From the NCBI GenBank assembly GCA_036012755.1, contig DASCPX010000043.1, forward strand, positions 32,001 through 96,000: a stretch of DNA of 64,000 nt. The letters are read 5' to 3'. Source of the stretch: Myxococcota bacterium (lineage in GTDB: Bacteria > Myxococcota_A > UBA796 > CAJQPC01). The position numbers and the translations under genes were made by a program. A model generated the notes under the pieces. The model was not told where the DNA came from and made no database searches. It worked only from the letters and a program-made list of their open reading frames with translations. Positions 54,198 to 63,181 of this stretch are shown in pieces (positions within the stretch are counted from its first letter, which is position 1; every line of letters starts with the position of its first letter).

Positions 54198-54653
54198 TCA
54201 GGCCAGCACCTCCGCCCAGATGGCCTCGAGGTCCCTTGGCGCCACGCACCCGGCGCAGACCGCATCAGCCAGGCGGAACACACGCCGCAAGGCGGCACGG
54301 CGCAGCGCAGTGGTCCCCAGCACCTCCATGGCGTCGGGACCGGTGAGGTGCACCAGGGCGGGCACCCCCAGCACTTCGAGCTGCTCCAGGTAGACCAGCT
54401 TCCGATAGAGGCTGCCGACATCGGCGATGTGGACGTGGAAGAGCTGGGGCTTCCAGCCCCCGGACAGGCGTCTCAAGAAGTCGAGCTGGGACCGTCCGAT
54501 CCACCCCACCTGTCGAGCCAGGGTCCCCTCGGAGCACGTCGGCACGTAGTCGACGCGGTGGCCGCGCTCTCGGGCGGCGTCCGCACAGCTGGCGGCGAGG
54601 TGGGCAGCTGCTCCGCGAGCACGGAGGTCAGGACCGAGCATGGCGATGTGCAT
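54198..54653 (-). CDS. stand-alone glycosyltransferase family 4 N-terminal-like domain
   Basis: 'MHIAMLGPDL..RG...RGHRVD...PQLFHVH...GSLYRK...VPALVHL...FRLADAV'; no C-terminal GT-B domain. Confidence 0.55.
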   Translation of the reverse strand: MHIAMLGPDLRARGAAAHLAASCADAARERGHRVDYVPTCSEGTLARQVGWIGRSQLDFLRRLSGGWKPQLFHVHIADVGSLYRKLVYLEQLEVLGVPALVHLTGPDAMEVLGTTALRRAALRRVFRLADAVCAGCVAPRDLEAIWAEVLA

Positions 54654-54723
54654 GGCCCCGATTCGAACCGGCTGGACGCCACAGGGCAAGGTCAGCTGGC
54701 GTTCGCCGTGGTATCTCCGGCCC

Positions 54724-55665
54724 ATGACACTCGCACTTTTCGCAGCATGCTCGCCCTCTTTCGACGACTCGGGGGCTCTGCCCACCTGCGACATCGACGT
54801 CATGGAGACCCTCCCGGCCGACGGCTCGACCCAGGCCTACTACCGGGGGCCCTTCGAGTTCGTCCTCGAGCAGGCCGTGCCCACCGCAGAGGTGATCGCC
54901 GACTTCCCGGGCGAACAAGGTCTCCGGAAGGAGGGCACCGTCATCACCTTCGCGCCGGACCCGCCGCTGGAGCCGCTCACGGACTACACCCTCGGCCTCG
55001 ACTACTGCCACGGCAAGCCCGAGATCACCTTCAAGACGAGCGAGCTGGGCCTGCCGATCGAGGACGAGGACAGCCTCGTCGGTCGCACATACGCGGTCGA
55101 CCTCACCTCCGGCGATTTCCTGGAGAGCGACCTCGTCGGCACCGTGCTGACTGGCTTCTTCGGACGAAACGTGCTCGTGCAGATCGTCGATCGGGCCGAC
55201 GGCGACATCACCTTCCGGGCCGCGATCTCGCAGGCGGGCTCCAGCGGCCGCCTTGAACAGGACACCTGCAGCCGCAGCCAGGATCTGGACCTGGACTCGA
55301 CCGAGTTGCCCTTCGTCCAGCTGGAGCTCGAGGAGTTCTCCTTCGGAGCCTACGAAGGCAGCATGACCTTCTACCACTTCGCCCTCGACGGCACGATCAG
55401 CCCGGGCGCCAGCTGGATTGGCGGCCTGGCCTGGACCATCACCGTCAGCGCCGACGACCTCGTGCCCATCCTGGAGGCCCCGGATGTCGAGACCGTCTGC
55501 GAGACCGCCGCGAACCTCGAGGCCGAGTGCGTGCCCTGCCCCAGCGGCGATGATCTCTGCATCACCGTCAGCGGCCACCGGGTCGTCGCTGACGCCGTCG
55601 AGGGCGACCTCGAGGACATCACAGAGTCGGGCACCCATCCGGAGTGTGACGAGGAAGCCGAGTAG
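54724..55665 (+). CDS. lipoprotein with Ig-like (Big_5/SbsA-type) domain
   Basis: MTLALFAAC; 'ETLPADGS...ITFAPDPPLEPLTDYTL...ITFKT'. Confidence 0.75.
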   Translation: MTLALFAACSPSFDDSGALPTCDIDVMETLPADGSTQAYYRGPFEFVLEQAVPTAEVIADFPGEQGLRKEGTVITFAPDPPLEPLTDYTLGLDYCHGKPEITFKTSELGLPIEDEDSLVGRTYAVDLTSGDFLESDLVGTVLTGFFGRNVLVQIVDRADGDITFRAAISQAGSSGRLEQDTCSRSQDLDLDSTELPFVQLELEEFSFGAYEGSMTFYHFALDGTISPGASWIGGLAWTITVSADDLVPILEAPDVETVCETAANLEAECVPCPSGDDLCITVSGHRVVADAVEGDLEDITESGTHPECDEEAE

Positions 55666-55720
55666 TCCACTGCATTAACGAAGAGGGACCAGGCGGCCTC
55701 CAAGAGAGCGGAGAGCCGAC

Positions 55721-56317
55721 ATGTTCCAGCCACGACAGACCCGCGCCCCCTTCGGCCGCCAGGCCGGCGCAGCACTCATGGCGACGCTGCTGGTGGGCAG
55801 CGCCCTCGGCCTGGCCGTCTTCGGCGGAGGACAGAGCATCGAGGAGCTCGTCGACGACGAGCCGATCTTCCTGATGGAGCTGGTAGAGGACGACGCCCTC
55901 CCCCCGCCGCCCGCTGGCACCGAGGCTGGCGGCGCGCCCCAAATGACAGAGGAGCCCGAGATCACAGAGGAGCCCGAGATCACAGAGGAGCCCGAGATCA
56001 CAGAGGAGCCCGAGACGACCGAGGTCCATGGCGACGCCATCGCCGGCCTCACCGACGACCCCTTCAGCAACGGCCTCTTCGACAACGGCGGCGGAAACTG
56101 CATCCGTGACTGCGGAGAGGGCAGCGGGTCGACCCTGCGCCACGTGGCCATCGATGAGCGGGGGCGCGTCTCGTCCCTGAGCTTCCTGGCCTGCCCCGAG
56201 GTCTTCCAGGACAGCACCCGCCGAGCGCTCATGCGCTGGCGCTTCGAGCCCCTGTCGATCGACGGGGTTGCAGGCCCCACCACGACCACTGCCAACATCA
56301 CGTTCAGGCTCTCGTAG
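55721..56317 (+). CDS. divergent TonB-like protein (paralog of the next gene)
   Basis: TM, Pro run, spacer repeats and a TonB_C-like end 'IDERGRV...ACPEVFQD...ALMRWRFEP...ITFRL'. Confidence 0.75.
   Translation: MFQPRQTRAPFGRQAGAALMATLLVGSALGLAVFGGGQSIEELVDDEPIFLMELVEDDALPPPPAGTEAGGAPQMTEEPEITEEPEITEEPEITEEPETTEVHGDAIAGLTDDPFSNGLFDNGGGNCIRDCGEGSGSTLRHVAIDERGRVSSLSFLACPEVFQDSTRRALMRWRFEPLSIDGVAGPTTTTANITFRLS
55946..56014 (+). repeat. 18-bp tandem repeat ACAGAGGAGCCCGAGATC, about 4 copies (TEEPEI)
   Basis: Directly visible in the sequence. Confidence 0.9.
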
Positions 56318-56390
56318 CCCCACACACCCTTGACGAGGTGCGCGTTATAGTGCGCCGTCCCGCCCCGGGGCGGCATCCGGAGAGCCTCCT

Positions 56391-57110
56391 TTGTTCGACA
56401 CGATCGGCAAGGCCCGCAAGGTCAACCGTCGCCGCCAGGCCGGCTCCTGGCTGATGTCGATCATGATGCTCGCCACCGCCGGCGGCGCGGTCGTCTTCTC
56501 CGGTGGGCAGATCGTCGAGGAAATCGAAGACGACGAGCCCATCGAGGTCACGTTCATCGACGACGCGGCCCCTCCACCTCCACCTCCACCTCCACCTCCA
56601 GCCGGCGCAGAGAAGGAAGAAGAGGAAGAAGAGGAAGAAGAGGAGGAGGAAGAGGAAGAAGAAGAGGAGGAGGTCGAGGAGCTCGAGGAGGAGATCCCGG
56701 AGCCCATCGAGACCACCGACGCCAGCGTGGAAGGTGGCGTCGAGGGAGGCGTCGAGGGAGGCGTCGTCGGTGGCGTCATCGGCGGCGAGATCGGCGGTGT
56801 GCTGGGCGGGCAGCTCGGCGGCACTGGCGTCAAGGCGCTCCACTGGAGCCAGGCCAAGCCCAAGAAGAAGTGCATCCCGAAGATGCCGAAGGCAGCCAAG
56901 GAAGCCGGCATCGAGGGCAACTGCAAGGTCCGGATCTTCATCGGCGAGAGCGGCAAGATCTACGACTACAAGTACGAAGCCTGCCCCAAGATCTTCCAGG
57001 ACACGGTGGCCGAGTGTATGGCAAAGACGACCTTCTACCCGGCCAAGGACGAACACGGAGTGACCTACAAGTTCCAGTTCGTCTTCAACTACCAGTTCGT
57101 GCTGAGGTGA
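56391..57110 (+). CDS. tonB: energy transducer TonB
   Basis: TM anchor, P10, E19, GGVEGGVEGGVVGGVIGG and TonB_C 'PKAAKEAGIEGNCKVRIFIGESGKI'. Confidence 0.85.
   Translation: MFDTIGKARKVNRRRQAGSWLMSIMMLATAGGAVVFSGGQIVEEIEDDEPIEVTFIDDAAPPPPPPPPPPAGAEKEEEEEEEEEEEEEEEEEEEVEELEEEIPEPIETTDASVEGGVEGGVEGGVVGGVIGGEIGGVLGGQLGGTGVKALHWSQAKPKKKCIPKMPKAAKEAGIEGNCKVRIFIGESGKIYDYKYEACPKIFQDTVAECMAKTTFYPAKDEHGVTYKFQFVFNYQFVLR
56571..56672 (+). repeat. (CCTCCA)5 poly-Pro and 19-codon GAA/GAG poly-Glu tracts
   Basis: Located at 56571-56600 and 56616-56672. Confidence 0.9.
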
Positions 57111-57119
57111 GCGGATTCC

Positions 57120-57824
57120 ATGAGTTTTGATCTCCAACACATCTGGGAGGCTTCGACTCCCCAGACCCTCACCATCCTGGTGATGCTGTTCATCATGGGC
57201 ATCATGGCGCTCTACGTCGCCATCGAGCGCTTCGTGTCGCTTCGAAAGGCGACCGAGCAGTCCAGGGAGCTGGCAGCAGCGCTGGCCACCCCCTTCAAGA
57301 GCGGCGACGTCGAAGCCGGCGCGAAGCTCTGCAAGGACGAGCGCTTCAAAGCCAGCTACCTCGGCCACCTGATGCGCCCGGCCCTGGGCGAGCTCGCCAC
57401 GCGCTTCGATCGACCCGGAGTCGACGCCGCAGAGCGAGCCCTGGAGCGCGCCAACACCCAGGAGGGGCTGGATCTGCGCAAGGGCATGAACATCCTCGCC
57501 ACCGTCGGCTCCACGGCGCCCTTCGTCGGCCTCGTCGGCACGATCTTCGGCATCATCAACGCCTTCTCGGCCATGGCCGAAGCAGGCGGAGGTGGCCTGG
57601 GTCAGGTCTCCGCAGGCATCGCAGAGGCCCTGGTCGCGACCGCCGTCGGGATCTTCGTCGCCATCGTCGGTGTGTGGTTCTACAACTACTTCAACGCCCG
57701 CATCGACCGCATCGACAACGACATCAGCGTCGCCAGCCAGGAGTTCAACGACTGGTGCGAGAAGCAGCTCCTGGCTCGGTCGGGCGACGAGCCCCCCACC
57801 GAGCGGGTCCTCGCCACAAAGTAG
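57120..57824 (+). CDS. exbB: MotA/TolQ/ExbB proton channel
   Basis: 'LATVGSTAPFVGLVGTIFGIINAF...GIAEALVATAVG'. Confidence 0.92.
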   Translation: MSFDLQHIWEASTPQTLTILVMLFIMGIMALYVAIERFVSLRKATEQSRELAAALATPFKSGDVEAGAKLCKDERFKASYLGHLMRPALGELATRFDRPGVDAAERALERANTQEGLDLRKGMNILATVGSTAPFVGLVGTIFGIINAFSAMAEAGGGGLGQVSAGIAEALVATAVGIFVAIVGVWFYNYFNARIDRIDNDISVASQEFNDWCEKQLLARSGDEPPTERVLATK

Positions 57825-57833
57825 GGGTAGGCA

Positions 57834-58256
57834 GTGGGCGCCAAGGTCGGAGGAAGCAGCGGAGGTCCCGTCGCGGACATCAACGTCACGCCGTTGATCG
57901 ACGTCGTGCTCGTGCTGCTCATCATCTTCATGGTCGTCACGCCGATGCTGTCCTCGGGCATCGACGTGAAGCTGCCCGACGCCAAGCAGACCGTGCAGGC
58001 CCAGGACAACGGCCAGCACATCGTCATCTCGATCGACAGAGAAGGCGACATCTACATCGGGCGCAACAAGATCGCTCTAGAGGTCCTCATCGACGAGGTC
58101 AACGCCGAGTACCGCAAGGACCCCGCGAAGGCGGTCCTCATCAAGGCCGACTCCAACCTCCACTACGGCGAGGTCCGGGCAGTCATGGACGAGCTCGCCG
58201 AGAACGGCAAGAGCACGCTCCTGCTCGCCGCAGAGAAGAAGAAGGGGGGCGAGTAG
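57834..58256 (+). CDS. exbD: ExbD/TolR
   Basis: 'DINVTPLIDVVLVLLIIFMV...IKAD'. Confidence 0.92.
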   Translation: MGAKVGGSSGGPVADINVTPLIDVVLVLLIIFMVVTPMLSSGIDVKLPDAKQTVQAQDNGQHIVISIDREGDIYIGRNKIALEVLIDEVNAEYRKDPAKAVLIKADSNLHYGEVRAVMDELAENGKSTLLLAAEKKKGGE

Positions 58257-58724
58257 ATGGGCGCGCGGGTCGGCGGCAAGAGAGGCGCCCAGAGCGACAT
58301 CAACGTCACCCCGCTGATCGACGTCGTGCTCGTGCTGCTCATCATCTTCATGGTCCTGACCCCCCGGACCATCGAGGAGATGACGGCGAACCTGCCCTCG
58401 AAGACCGAGACCGTGAAGAAGAAGGACGACAAGAAGGACCAGCTGCTCGTCGCGGTCTACGAGGACGGGAGCGTCGCCCTGAACCTGGTGGCGATGAACG
58501 ACCGAGAGGTCTGGGACCAGCTCCGCAAGCGGCTCCGGGCCAAGGAGAAGAAGGTCGTCTTCGTCGACGCCCACCCGAACCTGCCCTACGGCCGGGTCGT
58601 CCAGATGATGGACCTGGTGAAGGACGCCGGCGCCGACCGGGTCGGGCTCGCGCGGCTCAAGGACGAAGGCCCCGTGAAGCCGCCAGACGGCACCGAAGCC
58701 GCCCCCCCGGCCCCCACCGAGTGA
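58257..58724 (+). CDS. exbD: second ExbD/TolR
   Basis: 'DINVTPLIDVVLVLLIIFMV...YGRVVQMMD...AG'. Confidence 0.92.
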   Translation: MGARVGGKRGAQSDINVTPLIDVVLVLLIIFMVLTPRTIEEMTANLPSKTETVKKKDDKKDQLLVAVYEDGSVALNLVAMNDREVWDQLRKRLRAKEKKVVFVDAHPNLPYGRVVQMMDLVKDAGADRVGLARLKDEGPVKPPDGTEAAPPAPTE

Positions 58725-59545
58725 AGGGAGACTGGGCCGAGCCCCGACGCCGGGAGCTCGAACGACGCCTGAACGCCCTGTTCGCGGACGCCTGGCCGCC
58801 GGCTTTCACCGCGATGGCCCGACATCCGCTGCAGACCGGTGGCAAGCGCATGCGCCCGCTCATGGTCCTCGCCGCCCACGAGGTCGCGAGCGAAGCTGCC
58901 CTGGATACGGCCTGGCTGCCGGCGATGGCGGTGGAGCTCGTGCACACCTACTCGCTGGTCCACGACGACCTCCCTTGCCTCGACGACGACGACGAGCGCC
59001 GGGGGGTGCCCACGACCCACGTGGTCCACGGCGAGGCGATGGCCCTGCTCGTCGGGGACGCCCTGCTCACAGAGGCCTTCCGGCTGCTCGCCAGCTCCGG
59101 AGACATCCGCCTCGTCGCGGAGCTCGCGAACGCCGCCGGCTACCGGGGCATGATCGGCGGACAGGCCGCGGACCTCGGCGCCCACGGTCCGGTGGGGGAC
59201 GTCGACACCCTGACCCGCCTGCACGCCAACAAGACCGGAGAACTCTTCCGCTGCGCCGTGCGCATGGGCGCGATCGCTGGCGGAGCGGACGACGCGCTCC
59301 TCGCTCGCCTGACACGCTTCGCAGAGGCCTTCGGGCTGGCCTTCCAGCTCGCCGACGACGTGCTCGACGAAGAGCAGGACGCTGGCGACGACGGCCCCCC
59401 AAGCTACGTGAAGCTCCTGGGCGTCGACGAGACCCGACGGCGGGCAGCGGCCCTGACCGACGAAGCCCTGAGCGCGCTCCGGGGACTGCCCCGCGCCGAG
59501 CCGCTGAGAGACCTCGCTCGCTACAACCTGTCCCGAGAGCTGTGA
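58721..59545 (+). CDS. ispA: farnesyl/geranylgeranyl diphosphate synthase
   Basis: GGKRMRP, HTYSLVHDDLPCLDDDDERRG, GGQAAD, KTG, FQLADDVLD. GTGA overlap. Confidence 0.9.
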   Translation: MKGDWAEPRRRELERRLNALFADAWPPAFTAMARHPLQTGGKRMRPLMVLAAHEVASEAALDTAWLPAMAVELVHTYSLVHDDLPCLDDDDERRGVPTTHVVHGEAMALLVGDALLTEAFRLLASSGDIRLVAELANAAGYRGMIGGQAADLGAHGPVGDVDTLTRLHANKTGELFRCAVRMGAIAGGADDALLARLTRFAEAFGLAFQLADDVLDEEQDAGDDGPPSYVKLLGVDETRRRAAALTDEALSALRGLPRAEPLRDLARYNLSREL

Positions 59546-60276
59546 AGTCCCGCCTGGATGTCCTGCTCGTCGAGCGGGGAATCGCGCCCAGCCGGGAGAA
59601 GGCCCGGGCCTGGATCATGGCCGGGCTCGTGCTCGTGGACGAGGTCGAGGTCAGCAAGGCCGGCGCGAAGATCGACGGCGAGGCGAGCATCCGCCTGCGC
59701 GAAGGGGCCCTCCGCAAGTACGTCGGCCGCGGCGGGCTGAAGCTCGAAGGCGCCCTGGAAGACTTCGACGTCGAGGTCGAAGGACGCATCTGCGCCGATC
59801 TCGGCGCGTCGACTGGAGGCTTCACCGACTGCCTGCTCCAGCGCGGGGCGGCGAGGGTCTACGCCGTCGACGTCGGCTACGGCCAGCTCGCCTGGAAGCT
59901 CCGCCAGGACGAGCGCGTAGTTGTCATGGAGAGGACGAACGCGCGCCACCTGGAGTCACTACCGGAGCCGATCGGCCTCGTCGTAGGAGATCTCTCCTTC
60001 ATCTCGCTGACCAAGGTGCTCCCCGCCGTCCGGCGCATCGCCGCCCCGGGCGCCGACTGCGTTCTGCTCGTCAAGCCCCAGTTCGAGCTCGGGCCGAAGA
60101 ACGTCGGAAGAGGCGGCCGCGTGAGCGATCCGGCGGCTCGGGCCCGCGCCGTACAGGCCGTCCTCGCCGACGCTGTTGCGCTCGACTTCGAGGCCCTCGG
60201 ACACGCCGAGAGCAGGCTCCCGGGTGCCAAGGCAGGCAACATCGAGCACCTCGTATGGCTGAGAGCGAGCGAATGA
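59542..60276 (+). CDS. tlyA: TlyA rRNA 2'-O-methyltransferase
   Basis: S4 'RLDVLLVERG..SREKA'; 'YVGRGGLKL', 'DLGASTGGFTDCLLQRGA', 'DVGYGQL', 'LVKPQFE', 'GNIE'. Confidence 0.95.
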   Translation: MKSRLDVLLVERGIAPSREKARAWIMAGLVLVDEVEVSKAGAKIDGEASIRLREGALRKYVGRGGLKLEGALEDFDVEVEGRICADLGASTGGFTDCLLQRGAARVYAVDVGYGQLAWKLRQDERVVVMERTNARHLESLPEPIGLVVGDLSFISLTKVLPAVRRIAAPGADCVLLVKPQFELGPKNVGRGGRVSDPAARARAVQAVLADAVALDFEALGHAESRLPGAKAGNIEHLVWLRASE

Positions 60277-60314
60277 GACGATACACTGGGCCTCTGGACT
60301 AGATGGAGGCACCC

Positions 60315-62240
60315 GTGTTCCTGTTGACCCTGGCGTGCACGTGGGTCTCCCAAGAGTCCTACGACGACCGGCTGAAGCAGCTGGACGACGACGGCGACGG
60401 CTTCACCCTCGACGGGGGTGGCGATCCGGCGCTCGTCGACTGCAACGACGACGACGCGGCGATCAATCCGGGCGCCGAAGAGGTCTGGTACGACGGCGTC
60501 GACTCCGACTGCGCCGGTGACGACGACTACGACAAGGACCTCGACGGCTACCAGCACGAGAGCTCCCCGGACGCCACGGCGGTGGACTGCAACGACCAGG
60601 ACCCGGAGATCTTCCCGGGGGCGGATGACTCCTGGTACGACAACATCGACAGCAACTGCGACGGCGCCGATGACTTCGACCAGGACGGCGACGGCGTCCA
60701 GGCGCGTCCTCCGGAGGGCCCCGGGAACGACTGCAACGACCTGGACCCCGACTTCCGCTACGACCCCAACGACCCACCCGTCGACAGCTGGTACGACGGG
60801 ATGGACCACGACTGCGAGGGGAACAACGACTTCGACCAGGACGGGGACGGCTACGTCGCCACCGAGTACCTGGATGTCGACACGTACTGGGACGCGGACC
60901 TCACCATCGACTGCAGCGACTGCCTGACCGGACGCGACTTCGACTGTGACGACGAAGAGGCCACCACCTACCAGGGCGCGACGGACGCCTGGTACGACGG
61001 CGTGGACTCGGACTGCGCGGGGGACAACGACTACGACCAGGACCTCGACGGCTTCTCCGACCCCTCGGACCCCGACGCGACGATCACCGACTGTGACGAC
61101 GAGGACATCGAGGCGAGCCCTGATGGTCTGGAGGACGTCACGGACCCCCGCGACCTCGACTGCGACGGCAGCTACAACTCGGTGAAGGCCCCCGACCAGG
61201 GCCTGGTCTTCGTGAGCCCGCACGACCTCCGCGCGGGCGAAGACTCCAACCGGACCTACTTCTCGGTCGCCGGCAGGGAGATCACCCTGGCTTCGTCCGG
61301 GACGACCTACTACGACACCGCCGTCGGCTTCTGGTACAGCTTCACCGACCCGACCGCCGGCATCCAGGGCGAGGACATCTGGCTCACCAAGCTCACGTCC
61401 AACCCCGCGGGGCTGGATCTGTCCAGCGGGCACGATGTCGTCATCGACGATGGCTACATCTACGGCGCCACGGGACTGCTGACCTCATCTGGTCGCCGCG
61501 TCGACATCTCGCGCTACGACATCAGCGCGACAACGACGCAGCAGGCGGTCAAGCTCGAGAGCGGTCCGACCGTCGACTTCAACGACATCGCGCTGGGCAT
61601 CGAAGACGGCGTCTACCACGCCTTCGCCTGCGCCGACACGGACATCCAGTACGTCCAGGCCAACGACGCCACGATCCTCGCCGAGGCCATCGAGGGCAGC
61701 GCCTACTACACCGCGGGCGGCGCCACCTCTTGCAGCGTCCACTTCTTCGATGGCGCCGACCTGGGCATCCTCGGCGTCACGGAGACCTCCACCGGCGACT
61801 ACGTCACCTACAGCTTCGACCCAGAGGAGTCCGCGCCCACCCTGACCGAAGAGACCAGGGGCAGCGACGTCTCCCCCGCGGACCTCGACTATCCCTGGTT
61901 CACGAACCAGCTGACAGTGGTCCTCGTCGACGACGTCAACAGCCTCGTCATCGTGCGCCAGGGTGGCAGCGAGGCCCAGATCGTGACCCCCGGCCCCCCC
62001 TTGAACGCGGCGCTGGCCGTGCACCCGACCGACGGAACGCTCTACGTGGCCTGGGCCGACGTTGGCGGCACCGCCGGTTTCGCTTACGGCGACGTCACCT
62101 CTGGCTTCACGAAGGCTCGCATCACCACCAGCTTCGTGGCCTACGAGGCGGTGCCGTGGGTGACCGCGACGGGCAACCACCTGATGCTCGGCGTGCTGGG
62201 TTCGAGCGAGGTCGGCGTGGCGGTGCTCTCCGCCCCCTGA
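60315..62240 (+). CDS. lipoprotein with MopE-related (putative metal-binding) DC-D...PGA..WYDG.D.DC repeats
   Basis: About five such repeats, then a beta-rich domain. GGAGG precedes GTG 60315 (MFLLTLAC); ATG 60303 is an alternative start. Confidence 0.85.
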   Translation: MFLLTLACTWVSQESYDDRLKQLDDDGDGFTLDGGGDPALVDCNDDDAAINPGAEEVWYDGVDSDCAGDDDYDKDLDGYQHESSPDATAVDCNDQDPEIFPGADDSWYDNIDSNCDGADDFDQDGDGVQARPPEGPGNDCNDLDPDFRYDPNDPPVDSWYDGMDHDCEGNNDFDQDGDGYVATEYLDVDTYWDADLTIDCSDCLTGRDFDCDDEEATTYQGATDAWYDGVDSDCAGDNDYDQDLDGFSDPSDPDATITDCDDEDIEASPDGLEDVTDPRDLDCDGSYNSVKAPDQGLVFVSPHDLRAGEDSNRTYFSVAGREITLASSGTTYYDTAVGFWYSFTDPTAGIQGEDIWLTKLTSNPAGLDLSSGHDVVIDDGYIYGATGLLTSSGRRVDISRYDISATTTQQAVKLESGPTVDFNDIALGIEDGVYHAFACADTDIQYVQANDATILAEAIEGSAYYTAGGATSCSVHFFDGADLGILGVTETSTGDYVTYSFDPEESAPTLTEETRGSDVSPADLDYPWFTNQLTVVLVDDVNSLVIVRQGGSEAQIVTPGPPLNAALAVHPTDGTLYVAWADVGGTAGFAYGDVTSGFTKARITTSFVAYEAVPWVTATGNHLMLGVLGSSEVGVAVLSAP

Positions 62241-62318
62241 GGACCCGACAGGCGACCCTGCCGGACGAGTCGCGCACGGCATATAGAACCGCGGCACCCG
62301 AGACGAGGTTCTCGCCCA

Positions 62319-62702
62319 ATGAGTGAAGAAGACAGCGATGGCGCAGTGGTCGTCTTCATGACCACCGGCCCAGAGACCCCCCAGCGCTGCGCCACCCCCA
62401 TCTACATGGCCACGATGGCCGCGGTGATGGACTGCGAGGCCCAGGTGGTCTTCCAGATCGACGGCGTGCTGTTGATGAAGAAGGGCGTCGCCGCCGGGCT
62501 CATGGCCAAAGAAGGCGGCAAGCTCATCATCGACTTCATCAACGACGCCAAGGAGGCCGGGGTCGAGTTCTACGTCTGCTCGGCCGCGCTCCAGCTCCAC
62601 GACATGACAGAGGACGATCTCATCGAACAGTGCGATGGGGTGGTCGGGGCGGCGTACATGGTCGAGGCTGGCCTCGAGAGCGACCTCGTCCTTTCGTACT
62701 GA
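62319..62702 (+). CDS. DsrE-family sulfurtransferase
   Basis: 'TTGPETPQRCATP...VFQIDGV.L...EAGVEFYVCS...DLI...VVGAA'. Confidence 0.88.
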   Translation: MSEEDSDGAVVVFMTTGPETPQRCATPIYMATMAAVMDCEAQVVFQIDGVLLMKKGVAAGLMAKEGGKLIIDFINDAKEAGVEFYVCSAALQLHDMTEDDLIEQCDGVVGAAYMVEAGLESDLVLSY

Positions 62703-62722
62703 ACCCACACGGAGCCGTGAGA

Positions 62723-63181
62723 ATGTCCCTGGTCAACAACTGTGTCCTGCCAGACGATCTTCTGTATCACATCGACTACAACGTCTGGCTGCGTGACAAC
62801 GGAGACGGAACCTACGTCATCGGCATGACCGACCTCGCCCAGGCCATGGCGGGCGCGGTGATCCACTGCCGCATCAAGAAGGTCGGCAAGAAGGTGAAGG
62901 CCGGCAAGAGCCTCGGCACCGTAGAGAGCGGGAAGTGGGTGGGGCCCGTCAAGGCACCCTTCGCCTGCTCTGTCATCGCCAAGAACGAGCAGGTGGAGAA
63001 CAACGCCGCCCTCTTGAACACCAACCCCTACGGCGAGGGCTGGATGCTGCGCGTCCAGCCAGAGGATCCCGCGGCAGCCGCCGCCACGCTGACCAGCGGT
63101 GACGCAGTCCGCGCCGGCTTCGAGGCCTACATGGCCGAGCGCGACTTCGAGGGCTGCCCGCCGGCGGACGACGACTCGTGA
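62723..63181 (+). CDS. lbpA: GcvH-like lipoate-binding protein (LbpA-type)
   Basis: 'LPDDLLY...W...IGMTD...TVESGKWVGP...NTNPYGEGW'; lipoyl Lys; lies between dsrE and an hdrC-like gene. Confidence 0.8.
   Translation: MSLVNNCVLPDDLLYHIDYNVWLRDNGDGTYVIGMTDLAQAMAGAVIHCRIKKVGKKVKAGKSLGTVESGKWVGPVKAPFACSVIAKNEQVENNAALLNTNPYGEGWMLRVQPEDPAAAAATLTSGDAVRAGFEAYMAERDFEGCPPADDDS

Noticed and set aside
56330..56351. TTGACG...TATAGT sigma70 promoter upstream of tonB
   Set aside because: The spacer is only 10 nt, so the two boxes cannot form one canonical promoter, although the -10 alone may be real.
57120..58724. Naming the TolQ/TolR/TolR genes aglRQS
   Set aside because: The tonB-exbB-exbD-exbD order is common, and the motifs are ordinary ExbB/ExbD. 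A phylogeny is needed.
10572..59545. Long N-terminal extensions in the ORF track (ribF 11672, EAL 17150, serC 20771, SecD-like 35458, tetR 45381, ispA 57674 and others)
   Set aside because: They overlap neighbouring real genes. Starts were trimmed to where family motifs, an RBS, a -10 box or stop-start overlaps begin.
59542..60276. Haemolysin/virulence interpretation of TlyA
   Set aside because: The S4 plus FtsJ-type methyltransferase motifs and housekeeping context indicate an rRNA methyltransferase.
62723..63181. Glycine cleavage H protein (gcvH)
   Set aside because: No gcvT or gcvP is adjacent. The ESGKWVG motif and the dsrE/hdrC context favour LbpA.
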